Below, piece by piece: positions 36,857-49,445 of a stretch of 64,000 nucleotides of DNA. This stretch comes from Squalus acanthias (lineage: Eukaryota), in NCBI GenBank assembly GCA_030390025.1, contig CM059433.1, positions 28,274,001-28,338,000 of the forward strand, given 5' to 3'. A program made the position numbers and the translations under genes. The first letter of the stretch is position 1. Each line of letters starts with the position of its first letter. The notes below the pieces were generated by a model. The model saw nothing but the letters and a program-made list of their open reading frames with translations. It was not told where the DNA came from and ran no database searches.

Positions 36857-37608
36857 GCCCAGAAATTGATCCGGCTGCGCGAGAGTACGCACAGTGTACA
36901 CTCACGCAGCCAGACTTCAATTGCCGGTTTTCAGCATGCACTGCGCATGCACTGAAAACCGGCAATTGATCTTTCGAAAAGGGGGCGGGTCCTCAGTGCA
37001 CCGCGTGCGCGCTACAGGCTGCGCGCACGCAGTGCACTTCATCGCTTGCGCACGCAGGTAAGTATTGAAGAATCTGGAAAAGAAAAAAGGAAGCGCAGGA
37101 GACTCTTTTAACCAGGTAAGTACATAATTAAGTAGTATTTAGAATTTTTTTTTACAGGTAAATCTTTAGTAGCGACTTTAAAGACAGGTAAGTTTATTTT
37201 TATAACATTTTAAAAGATTTAAAATTTTTTCAAAAATTTATTTTTTTGTTTAAAAAGGTTAATTTATTTAATTACACTTATTTTAATTATGTGATGGGTT
37301 TTTTTTTTAATTTAATGGAGGTTTAGCTCTTCTTTTGGGGGCTTGTTGTATTCCTAGTTTTCACAGCAGTTCAATGGCCGCTGTGAATTCTATGAATGAG
37401 AGCTTGGTGTGCTGCCATTGGCTGTAACTCAGTCACGTGATCCCACAGTACGCTCGAACTAACTTCGCACTGTGGGATCACGATGCACTCGCAGCTGATG
37501 GCTGGAACATGAAGTTCCAGCGAGCTGGGACTGAAAAAGCCAACGCGCAGTGAGACATCGCGGGAAGGGCTTACCCTCGCACGAACCCTCACACTGCAAT
37601 TTCTGGGC
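36857..37608. mobile_element. ~750-bp non-autonomous TIR element at the start of PRIM2 intron 1
   Basis: 12-bp TIR GCCCAGAAATTG / CAATTTCTGGGC; internal 18-bp perfect inverted repeat at 36917-36969. Confidence 0.6.
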
Positions 37609-37660
37609 TGTCACAGAGAGAGACGGCAGGGCGATGACCGAGAGAGAGGGCGAGCTCTAA

Positions 37661-38056
37661 AGATTCCCAAAGCGCTTTACAGCCAATGAAGTCCTTTTGA
37701 ATTGTTGTCACTGTTGTAATGTAAGAAATGCGGCAGCTGATTTGTGCACAGCAAGATCCCACAAACAGCAGTTAAATAGCGATGAAATAATGTGTTTTAG
37801 TGATGAGCTGATGGACAAATATTGGCCTGGACACATGGGAGAATTTCCCTGCTCTTTTTTTGAAATAGTCTTGTGGAATCTTTTACATCCACCTGAGAGG
37901 GGAGACGGGATCTCTGTTTAACGTCTCATCTGAAAGACGGCACCTCTGACCGTGCAGCGCTCCCTCAGTACTACACTGGGAGTGTCGACCTAGATTAGGT
38001 GCTCAAGTGTCTGGGCTGGGACTCGAGGCGACAGGGCTTTCTACTGAGCCACAGAC
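37661..38056 (-). mobile_element. Same SINE family
   Basis: Reverse complement matches 5189-5646. Confidence 0.8.
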
Positions 38057-40713
38057 TAGTTATGAAATTTCCTATTGATACCCAGTCTCAACAGCTTTTT
38101 GGGGGAGAGTTTTCCAGATTTCCACTACCGTGTGTGTGAGGAAGTGCTTCCTGGCATCACCCCTGAACAACCTAGCTCTAATTTTAAGGTTATGCCCCCT
38201 TGTTCTGGACTCTCCCACCAGAAGAAATTGTTTTTCTCTCTACCTGATCAAATCCTTTAATCATCTTGAACACCTCAGTTAGATTCAAGGTGATACAACA
38301 CATTTTTTACCTTATTAAGAGTGCAAAGTTCTTGAAATGCAGAACAGGATAGTCCCTCCCGCGACCGGTGGGCATTGTAGGAATAGTGTGACTGGTTGAC
38401 AGATGACAACGTTATGATCTGGGTTTATAAGTTTCCTTTTTGTTTGGTTGGGACTATGTTTAAATTATTGTATTCGTTGTGTACCCAACAACTTGCATTT
38501 ATATAGCACCTTTAACATAGTAAACCGTCCCAAGGCGCTTCACAGGAGTGTGATCAAACAAAATTTCACACCCAAAGCGCTTTGCAGCCAATGAAGTATA
38601 GAGTGGGCGCTTACAGAATTGTTTCCCTGTTGATGACACTGGGGCAACCCTGATTGGTCAACTCAAAATAGGCATCTGCAAGACAAAGCCAGGTTTCAGG
38701 CGAGACCATGATCAGTTGAAACTGTTGAGAAAAGATGTCAGGAAGCTCGTTTTTAATGCCAAGAGCGATTAATAACCAAAATGGTAGAGGAGGCCAGAAT
38801 CCATGAGGCGTTTTGGTACTGTGAATGGGGAGCGGGGGTGGAGAACCATAGGTTTCCTAGGAAACGATGAGTTTCATGGTCAAATACCTTCCTCGTCTGC
38901 ACTTTGTGAATCCTGCCAAATCACTTGTGCGAATGTTTGTATTGTTTGGCAGTTTAATGACTCCAAGAACTCGCTGAGAACGTACACTTAGCCCAGATCG
39001 GTGGAAATATTTTCTCCCTGCTGTCCAGCCCAGTGTTTTCTAAATTAAAAACAAATCACACCGGTAACTGTAAATGAATCGCTGCTTTTAATCTTTTCTT
39101 CTTGTATTCTAGCCATTGGGGCCTGTGAGTTCAGTGGCTGCTGATTTGGACTTGGCAATATTTATTTTCTCAACCTCGGCTCTACCTTGCAAGCAACAGA
39201 GTAAATGAAGTTAGAAAGTGAAGGAAACCCAGCAAAATGGGAATCTGAGCCTGGGAATTGAGCATTGTGTAGCTTTGAGTTTATCATCTTGTGTCCAATC
39301 CAGCAAACTTTGCAAGAATGTGAAAGAGCCTCTTCAATTGCCTATTGAAAACAGTATTAACCCCCTGCCCCTCCCCCCAAATATATCTTTCCCTGAGTTC
39401 GAGCTTCCAGCCGATAATCTTCACGGAGTTTTTGATGGTAACTATGGTGCTTTGCCATAGGAAAATTGGAGGGATAATCACCCTCCCATCCCCTGGTTAT
39501 TCTCCTGTGCCTTTCCAGCTGATTTCAAAATGACATTGGCAGACTCCTCAGGGCAGTTTACTTAGATGGGCATGGCATGAGGAGAAAATATCTTTGGCAA
39601 AGTGACTAATGATGCTGTTATGACCTGTGAATCTGACATTGTGAAGCTGTGCATGGCTTGTGTCTTGTTTCTTTTGTACAAATGCTTCAAGTGGAAATAG
39701 TTCCTGTGGAATGCATCGGGCTCCCAGGGCTGTGGAATCTGCCCATTCACTTTGTAGGATAACTACACAGAAGGAAAGAAAGTCTTGCATTTTGAAAGCG
39801 CCTTTCACGACCTCAGTGTATTCACTGTTATAATGTAGGAAACGCAGCAGCCAATTTGCATACAGCAAGGTCCCACAAACAGCAATGAGATAATGATCAG
39901 ATAATCTGTTTTTTGGTGATGTTGGTTGAGGGATAAATATTGGCCAGTACTGGAAGGACAAGCAGTACATAACAAAGCTCCAGTCTGGCAACGCATTGAT
40001 TTAAATCCCTCCATGGCCTTGCCCCTCCTGATCTCTGTAACCTCCAACCCTCGGATATCTACATTCCTCCAAATCTGGCCCCTTGCATCACCCCAATTTT
40101 AATCGCTCCACCCTTGTGGCCGTGCCTTCAGCTGCCTTGGCCCTAAGCTCTGGAATTCCCTCCCTAATCCTCTGCGATTCTCTACCTCTCTCTCCTTTAA
40201 GACACTCCTTAAATCCTACCTCTAACCAACTTTTTGGTCACCCGTCCTAATATCTCTTTATGTGGTTTGGTGTGAAATTTTGTCTGTTAACGCTCCTGTG
40301 GAAGCGCTTTGTGACGTTTTACTACGTTAAAGATGCTATATAAATGCAAGATTTGGTTTAAAAATCATAATTGACCCGTCAGTTCCCGATCATAAGGCCT
40401 TGAGCAGAAAACTGGATTGAGTGTTTAGCGAACCAGTAACTGGTGGCTGCCATGTACGTTGATGCCCAGGTGCTGCTCTTTGTGCGGTGTCACTTGTGTC
40501 CAGCCTCGTTTCTATGCAGCGTTAAAGAGGGACTGGACCGTGGGTTGGTGGCTTGTTGCCAGTTTTGCATCTTTGAATGTTTAACCGGTTTGAATTGCCT
40601 TTTTGGTTTTGTAGGAAACACAAAAACTTTCAAAATCGATCGTAAATTACAGCAAAAAGTGCTGCAATAATTTAAATAAATATAGCTGGAATTAATTTTA
40701 TTTTCTCTTCTAG

Positions 40714-40817
40714 TTCTCAAGAGTATAGAAACTATTGGCGTTAGCTACATCAAGGCATCTGAGTCCTATAACAAGAAGCTGGAAAGTGAGCTCCGAAGGT
40801 TGAAGTTTCCCTACAGA
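40714..40817 (+). CDS. PRIM2: PRIM2 coding exon 2 (LLKSIETIGVSYIKASESYNKKLESELRRLKFPYR)
   Basis: Pyrimidine tract + TAG acceptor; GTAAGC donor; 104 nt; in phase with exon 1. Confidence 0.95.
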
Positions 40818-41479
40818 GTAAGCTTTGACATTTTGTGTTAATTGTATTTTTTTTTAATCTGTACAATTGTCTCCAGTCTTTCACCCCTGGCTTTCTCTCC
40901 CCTTTTCCACTTCTGATATAAAATCACAATGTTATCGCAATTCAGCCCATCGCGCCTGTGCCAGCTCTCTCTCTAATTCGTTCCACTCCCCTGCCCTACC
41001 TTTTTAAATATTTATTTTTTTAGCTGTTCATTTCCCTTTATAGATGAGGTACAAATACAACCACTTGTATTTATGAAGTGCCTTCGACATAGTAAAACGT
41101 CTCACGGCGCTAGACACTGAGCCACATGAGATATTAGGACAGGTGACCAAAAGCTTAGATATTTTAAAAATGGTGGAAATAGTTACTGTGACTCAGTAAC
41201 TGGCTTAGTTTGAGTTGGGGCAGATGGCTGATCAACTATTTCCTCCCTAAATCCAGGTTACAGAATGATCAGATCATACTACAAAAGGCCTGAAGCCTAA
41301 AAGCTTTGCCAACTGGTTTATGCTCCACACGAGGCTCCTCCCACCCCTTTTCATCTATCCCCATCAGCATATCCTTCTATTCCTTTCTCCCTCTCTCTAG
41401 CTTCCCCTTAAATGCATCTATGCTATTCGCCTCAACTACTCCATGTGGTAGTGAGTTCCACATTACATAGTGATTGCAT

Positions 41480-41935
41480 AGTGTGTACAGCAGAGAACCA
41501 GGCCATTCAGCCCAACAGGTCTGTGCCGGTGTTTATGCTCCACACGAGCTTCCTCCCACCCCTCTTCATCTCACCCTGTCAACATATCCTTCTATTACAT
41601 TCTCCCTCATGTGCTTATCTAGCTTCCCTTTAAATGCATCTGTGCTATTCGCATCAACTACTCCCTGTGATAGCGAGGATTTAGTCGTGACTATCTTGTA
41701 TTTATGTCCCCTAGGTTTGGTCTCCCCCACAAGTGGAAACATATTCTCTACATCAACCTTATCAAGCCCTTTAAAAATCTTGAAGACTTCTATCAGGTCA
41801 CCCCTCCGCCCTCTCTCTTCCAGAGAAAGGAGCCCCAGCCTGTTCAATCTTTCCTGATGGATATAGCCTCTCTGGTATCATCCCTGTAAATCTTTTTTGC
41901 ACCTTCTCCAGTGCCTCTATATCCTTCTTATAATA
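41480..41935 (-). mobile_element. CR1 3' fragment
   Basis: RLGLLSLEERGRRGDLIEVFKI and a CR1-type tail. Confidence 0.8.
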
Positions 41936-42170
41936 TTTTGAACACCTCTATTAAATTTCCCCTTAACCTTCTCTGTTGTAAGAACAATCCTTAGATTGTC
42001 AATTTAATATATTCTCCATAATTGACCTAACTTCTGAACATTATTTTCGTTACCTCTGTAAATTCATCCATGCTTTCTCGCTATCATTGCTTTGTGATCT
42101 TGGAATGATCACATTGTCTTGTGACTGGCTAACTTTAAATTGTCATTTTATCTCCCTGCTTCCCTCCCAG

Positions 42171-42258
42171 GTTTCAAGTGAGAGAAGCTCGATGATTATG
42201 AAATAAGGAGGAAAGATCACATCTCTCATTTCATACTGCGTCTTGCTTACTGCCAGTC
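42171..42258 (+). CDS. PRIM2: PRIM2 coding exon 3 (...DDYEIRRKDHISHFILRLAYCQS); 88 nt as written, i.e. frameshifted
   Basis: Conserved RRKDHISHFILRLAYC motif; strong CCCAG acceptor and GTAAGT donor. Length does not fit the flanking phases (see findings). Confidence 0.9.
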
Positions 42259-42399
42259 GTAAGTACGACACACATTTTCAAGTTTGAAGTTGTTTTTGAA
42301 AACCATGCGACGGTTTTAGCCTTTCAAAAATATTGAGGCCTTTGCACTTCTCCTGTTAAGTTGAAAACATTTTATATCCAGTACACAGGCACAGAAATC

Positions 42400-42820
42400 A
42401 TAGAATAATGGAAATTTACGGCACAGAAGGAGGCCATTCGGCCCATCATGTCTGTGCCGGCCGAAAAAGTGCCACCCAGCCTAATCCCACCTCCCAGCTG
42501 TTGGTCCGTAGCCTTGTAGGTCACGGCACATCAAGTGCATATCCAAGTACTTTTTAAATGCGATGAGGGTTTCTGCCTCTACCACCCTTTCAGGCAGTGA
42601 GTTCCAGACCCCCCCAACCCTCTGGGTGAAAAAAATCCTCAACTCCCCTCTAATCCTTCTACCAATTAACTTAAATCTATGCCCCCTGGTTATCGACCCC
42701 TCTGCTAAGGGAAATAGGTCCTTCCTATCCACTCTATTTAGGCCCCATATAATTTTATACACCTCAATTAAATCTCCCCTCCGCCTCCTCTGTTCCAAAG
42801 AAAATAACCCCAGTCTTTTC
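42400..42820 (-). mobile_element. CR1 3' fragment
   Basis: LGLFSLEQRRRRGDLIEVYKI..FFTQRV..WNSLP. Confidence 0.85.
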
Positions 42821-43980
42821 TCAACAGCTAATGGTAAGAAATTCACAAGAAAGAAAGCTGCAAACGCTTTCACAAAAAATAAATTCGAACTTTATTGCTT
42901 GTTGGTTTAAAGAAAATGGACTGTACAGTAAATGACCACCAGAGGGTGCTATGGGATCCCACTGTAAAAATGCATGGTTTTGAATCCATTTGCTTGATTG
43001 TTTGTCCCTGGCTTTTGAGCCTATATGCTTTTGGTGAGTTTAAATTTAAATCAGGTCAGCTATCGGATATATGTGGCTTGCAGAGACCGGAGGGATTGGA
43101 ATCTGCTAAAAGAAAAAAAAATCAGCTATTTTTTAAATGCATTTTATATGCTGTGAAATGTGCACAGTTTTTTATTCGTTCATGGGATGTGGGTGTCACT
43201 GGCAAGGCCATTGCCCAACCCTAATGGCCCTTGAGAAGGTGGTGGTGCGCCACCTTCTTGAATGGCTACAGTTATGGGACGATTTCCCGTCTCCGTCTCC
43301 TCTAATGTTGCTCAGTAAACTGGAGCTCATCCCAATCTCTGCTGCCTGTATCCTAACTCGCACCAAGTCTCGTTCACCCACCACTCCTGTGCTCGCTGAC
43401 CTACATTGGCTCCTGGTCCGGCAATGCCTTCATTTTAAAATTCTTATCCTTGTTTTCAAATCCCTCCATGGCCTCGCCCCTCTCTATCTCTGTAACCTCC
43501 TCCAACCCCAGATCTATGCGCACCTCCAATTCTGGCCTCTTGCGCATCCCTGATTGTAATCGCTCCACCGTTGGCAGCCGTGCCTTCAGCGTGATGCAAA
43601 CCGTGCGCCCCTTCATCCCCAATAGGCAGAGGGTCAAAGTGCATTGTTCCTTTGGCAGTGTGGAACTTGAATATCACCTCATAGATTGTAAAAGCAAATG
43701 ATGCTCCCTAGTAGACGGGAGTGAAACCTAACTGAAACACAGCTTGAGAATTCCAGAGGCATTTTTGCCATCATTCAACGTGTTGGCCTCCAGTGGCCAC
43801 GAAAACACCAGCATCCTTTTCCCTATTTACTATTTTCCCGAGTCTCTGGAAGGGAAGGTCGGTGATGATGTCCTAATCTGTTAGGTGGGTTTGGTTGCTT
43901 GGTACCTGACCCTCTGAGTGTGACCGTATACTTACAATGATCCAATTTGTTTGTTTTTTTCCTGTACCTCGCATTCTCAG

Positions 43981-44098
43981 GGAAGAGCTGAGGCGATGGT
44001 TTATCCAGCAGGAGTTGGACTACTTCCGTTTCCGATTCAGTGAGCTACAGGACAAGCAGCAAGAATTTCTCAAACATAATAAGTTGAAGTATGATGCT
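43981..44098 (+). CDS. PRIM2: PRIM2 coding exon 4 ([39 protein letters not shown]); gene continues downstream
   Basis: Conserved [20 protein letters not shown] acceptor and GTGAGT donor; 118 nt. Confidence 0.95.
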
Positions 44099-44583
44099 GT
44101 GAGTAGACTATCTGCCTCGCTCCCCCCCTCTCTCTCAAAATTCAACTGTTTTGTTTCTCTGTTTCTTGTAAAGGGGAAGCTATAGGCTTCTGTTCTTTTG
44201 GAGAGAAATGTTGGCTGCTCAATGTGGGGTTTACCACAGGAATGGAACCTTTTCCACTTTCCGTGCTCCGATCAGGCGCTCTGTAGTCATGAGCTGAACT
44301 CGTAACCTCGTTGCACTGCCGACGTAACAATAGTGACTGCACTTCAGAAGCTGCTCGCTGATTGCGCGGAGTGCTCTACGATGCCCTGCGGACATGTTAA
44401 GGTGTTAGATAATTGCATTTTATTTCTTGCGCAGCCGTGACAATATTTCTAAAGCCCAATTTCAGAAGAACACCCCACCACAGTACGGTGATATATTAGC
44501 TTCCCACAGGAGTCATGTTGTAGACTCTGAGTGAACCTTGTGGACATGTACCCTATAGGAACTGGATCGAGACTTTAAGAATA

Positions 44584-45024
44584 AGAACTTGCATTTCTAT
44601 AGCGCCTTTTGCCACCTCATGGCGTTCCAAAACACTTTACAGCCAATGAAGCACTTTTGAAGTGGAGTCACTCTTGTAATGTAGGAAATGCGGCAGCCAA
44701 TTTGCGCACAGCAAGGTCCCACAAACAACAATTTGATAATGACCAGATAATGTTTTTTATGTGTTGGTTGAGGGGTAAATATTGGCCAGGACACCAGGGA
44801 GAATACCACTCCTCTTCGGAATCGTGCCATGGGACCTTTTACATCCACCCGGGGGCCTCAGTTTAACGTCTCCTCTGAAAGACGGCACCTCCGACAGTGC
44901 AGCGCTGAGTACTGCACTGGGAGTGTCAGCCTGGATTACGTGGTCAAGTTTCTGGAGTGGGACGTGAACCTATGACCTTGTGAGTCATAGGCGCGAATGC
45001 TACACACTGAACCACAGCTGACTC
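44584..45024 (-). mobile_element. Same SINE family, full length
   Basis: Reverse complement matches 5189-5646 from tail to head. Confidence 0.8.
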
Positions 45025-47482
45025 ACTTCATGCAGAGCCCTTAAAAACTGTCTGGGAGAAGATTTTCTTCAAACAAGTTTGAGCTAGATTCAGGCCCTGC
45101 TGCAGAGATGGAAGGATGCAGCTAGGAAGCAACCGCTTGTTCAGTTTGAATGGTCCTTCAAGGTGCTCATATGCCATAATGTTTTCACTAGACTTAATTA
45201 ACGCGCTGGTACTGAGATGCCCCGGGGGAAAAAAACACACTTAAGCCAGCGTACTTTAATGTTATTTGATGATCATCACCCACGACTAGTGACAGACCTG
45301 TAACCACCACTAGGAGCCTAGTGCGCTCTCCACACGGCCCAATTTGGAAGGACCAAATCCGTAATTCCCATGATGGTCAAGTGGTGTCTGGATAATTTTT
45401 AAAACTTTGTAGACGTTGTTGGGTGGGGGTGTGGAGGAAATCTGAAGCCGAATGAAGGAATTGGACACTTGCTCCAGATCAAAGATTCCCAACCTGTGCC
45501 CAGAGCGCGGGTGGAATATGGAAGTGTTCCTGATAACAGCTGCTGACACGTGAAATCGGAAAAGAGCGTGGAGTGGGACTAACTGGATCGCTCTTCGAAA
45601 GAGCCGGCACAGACTCGATGGGCCGAATTGCCTCCTTCTGTGCTATTCTATGATTCTGTAAAACGAGATTATCAGAGTGTTTTTTTTTTATAACAACAAC
45701 TTGCATTTTAACGTAGTAAAACGTCCCCAGGCGCTTCACAGGAGCGTTAACAGACAAAATTTGACACCGAGCCACATGAGATGTTAGGCCAGATGACCAA
45801 AAGCTTGGTCAAAGAGGTAGGCTTTAAGAGCATCTTAAAGGGCAAAGCGAGATGGAGAGGTTTAGAGAGCTTAGGACCTAGACTGCTTAAGGCACGGGCG
45901 CCAATGATGGTGCAATTAAAGAAGGATATTGCTTTCTGAGGATGTTTGAATCTCAATTAATACTCGCAGTTGAACAGGGGGATGAAATCTTTTTTTTAAA
46001 ATACAAAAATAAACCTCTAGTCTTTTGACCAACTTTTTTGTAATCTTCTCTGATTTATATTACTCCATTTTCCATGTGGCTCCTTTATCCTTAGATTTGT
46101 TGATGGGGACTTGATTGAATTCAAGGGCAAACTCTCTGCGTATAGTACTTAATTTAGTCAGCTAGTTGCAGGTTATTCCTGTTCCTTCTCCCAACTCCAA
46201 AAGCTATGACCCTTGCACATTATTTTGAAATGAAATGGATGTTACGTATAATTACATAGTGTACAGCACAGAAACAGACCATTCAGCCCAACTGGTCAAT
46301 GCCGGTGTTCATGTTCCACACGAGCTTGCTCCCACCCCTCGTCATCTCACCCTATCAGCATATCCTTCTATTCCTTTCTCCCTCATGTGTTTTTTTTAAA
46401 CTTCCCCTTAAATGCATCTATCCTATTCGCCTCAACCAATCCTTGTGGTAGCGCGTTCCACGTTCGAAACACTCTCTGGGGAAAGAAGTTTCTCCTGAAT
46501 TCCCGATTGGATTTATTAGTGTTTAACTCTAAAGGTTTCAGTGCCCTTGGGTTCTACTGCAGCTGCAACTTTTTTTTTTCGAAAGTTCGCTAAATTAAGT
46601 CTTCCATAAGCAGACCAACTACCTTATGCACCAAAAGCAGTGTTTTTAATCTTCTGGTATGAGTTAGTGTACATTAGGTTGAACAGAGAACTCCAAATCA
46701 TGGTATATTACTGATTGGAGAAGTCATGCATTACATTAGTGACTGCACTTCAAAAATACTTCATTTGCTGTGCAGCGCTCTGGGATGTCCAGAGGTCGTG
46801 AAAGGTGCTATATAAATGCAAGTTTGTTCTTCCTGTTTTTACATGGGTTCCCAGTCATCTCAGAAGGTGTAAAAATAATGCGCGACGAGGTGACTATTAT
46901 ATTTTATTTACAGGTAAGAGAATACCTCAAAGCAAAAAGATGTAGCAAAGTGCCTACAGTACTGTACCCAAATTTCCACAGCTCATGAACTGGGTTGACT
47001 GTTCAAAGAGTCATAAATTCTTGCAGCATTTCTTGGGAACATGGTCTCTAACGGTGATTTACTCCAAGATGATCCCTCTTGCGAGTTCTTAACAAATGCC
47101 ATTTGAGCAGACACACATTCACCACGCCCTGTAGTAATGCTTCAGGAAACTAGTCTCTCCTCCGTGGTGTTCAGATTCTCCAAGTTAGACCGATCCTCGC
47201 TGCCTGATAAAAGTGGTAATTTCAGGCAGTTGTCGCCAAGAGGAATTCACATAGTAGCAATGCATAGGAACCCTATGGAGCTAAGTGACAGGCTGCATTT
47301 TGTAGCATAATATGGATTGAAGCCGAAATTTATGATGGGCGTTTCCCGAGGTTAAAATTACCCTGAGTGAGCTGCTTTCTACAGGAGCGGAGGGCCCATT
47401 TTGGAGTTCAGGGGCCCTCTAAGTCTCATCGTTTTGATGGAGGCCACTCCCGCTTGATCGATTAAGACCCATGTCCCTCTGA

Positions 47483-47900
47483 GTGTCAGCCGTGGCTCAG
47501 TGCATGTCAAGTTCGCCTCTGGGTCCGAAGGTTGTGGTTTCAAGTCGCACTCCAGAGACTTGAGCACCAAATTTAGGCTGACACTTCAGTGTAGTACTGA
47601 GTGAGTGCTGCACCATCAGAGGTGCCATCTTTTGGATGAGATGTTAAACCAAGGCCCCGTCAGGTGAACGTAAAAGATCCCATGGCACAGTTCTGAAGAG
47701 GCGCAGGGGAGCTCTCGCCGGTGTCCTTCAGCCAACATCTGTAGATTTTCTGGTCATTATCACATTTCTGTTTGTGGGATCTTGCTTTGTGCAAATTGGC
47801 TGCTGTGTTTCCTACATTACAAGTGTGACTACACTTCAAAAGTACTTTATTGGCTGCAAAGCATTTTGGGACGTCTAGAGATCGTGAAAGGTGCTATATA
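47483..47900 (+). mobile_element. Same SINE family, full length
   Basis: Head, central domain and tail as in 5189-5646. Confidence 0.8.
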
Positions 47901-48433
47901 GTTTGATAAACTGCTGTGCTTTCAGTATTTTCTTTGTTTCTCTGCTCTGGTCATTTCTGCAAATACATGAAAAAGGCACCCTGATGTTTGCCTAATTAGC
48001 TGTCTAATGTTAGTTAATGCACTCAAGACAATCACATGTTCAGTTCGCAGTCCCACATTCAATATATTGCCTGTTGTGTTTGAAACAATCCCAAAGTGAT
48101 TGCACTGCAATTTTCTTCTTGATATTTGAAAAAAATTGTATTCTTGACATGATTGGAAAATATTTCCATTCTCGACAGGAACTGTGCTGTACAGAATTTA
48201 AGTTAGCCTAGGTCTCCCTAACTGAGGGGTAACAAGTCGGACCCTTTATTTTCAGCTTTCAGCGTTTGTCACTCTGATGTAACAAATCCCTTTGTTAACA
48301 GTGGGAGGCAACAGGGAAGTGATGGCATAGCTGGGATAACATCCAAAAATGAGGGGCAGGAAAAGACCAGCTGGTCCATCAAGCCAGCCCCACACTCATG
48401 ATGGCCGGAGCATCATGACTGGATATTTCCTAC

Positions 48434-48568
48434 CAATGTTCCCCCTAATTTAGTTTTGGGTGTGCAGCCCATTCACAGTTTTGCACATGTGTGAAATTTA
48501 ACATTGGAAAAGCTGGTCCTGGGCTGCGCAGGGCTGGCAGAGAACCGTGCAGCTTAGAGGGAACGTTA
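48434..48568. mobile_element. Third, more diverged copy of the short MITE
   Basis: Decayed TIRs; flanks TTTCCTAC / CTTCCTAC (7 of 8 identical). Confidence 0.65.
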
Positions 48569-49074
48569 CTTCCTACCCCACCTCGCAGCCGTGTAATCTC
48601 CTGGGAGAGGCAAAAAAAATCTACAGCAAATAATGGGGGGGGGGGAATTCTGGGAAAAATCCTCTATGGTAAGGATATTAAGGGTTACGGAACCAAGGCG
48701 GGTGGATGGAGTTGCGATACAGATCAGCCGTGATCTAATTGAATGGCGGAATAGGCTCTATGGGCTGAATGGCCTCCTCCTGTTCCTATGCTCCTGTGAT
48801 CACCCCCCACCCTGGCGATTGAAACTAGTCTAGGGGATCACATTGGCCATGAGTCAAAGGTTAGTTTTCAGTTTTGGATTCATGTGGAAGGAAGGAAATG
48901 TCAGAGGTCCAAAGCTCATTATACCTCAAGTTGAAACGTAACTCCATGGGACGGTTGATAACGAGCCAAAAAGATTCAGTCATTACAGTCGAAACATGCT
49001 TTCTTCCTTGTCCGTGTTCTCATTTGTATTCTGTCAGCCATGAAAACACCCGAGAGCGGAGCAAACTCCTGATA

Positions 49075-49445
49075 GGCAGAGAAGGTTAAGGGGAGACCTA
49101 ATCGAGGTATTCAAAATTGAGGCATTTTGTTCGAGCAAGTAGGGAGAAACAATTTCCTCTGGCAAGTGGGTCGCCAACCAGAGGTATAGGTTTAACATCA
49201 TTGGTAATAGCACGAGCGGGGAAATGAGAATTTTTTTCTCACGGGGTTGTTAAGATTTGGAACGCACTATGTGAAAGGGTGGTGCAAGCAGATTCCATAG
49301 GAACTTCCAAAAGGCAATTGGACCTGTACTTGAAGAGGACTAATTTGCAGGGTTATGGGGGAAAAATGCTGGGGAGTGGAACTAAATTGGACAGCACTTT
49401 CAAAGAGCAGGCCGAATGGCAGCCTCCTGTGCTCGAAGATTCAAT
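49075..49445 (+). mobile_element. CR1 3' fragment, degenerate
   Basis: AGAAGGTTAAGGGGAGACCTAAT..TGGAACGCACT..CAGGGTTATGGGG, as in other CR1 copies in the window. Confidence 0.75.
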
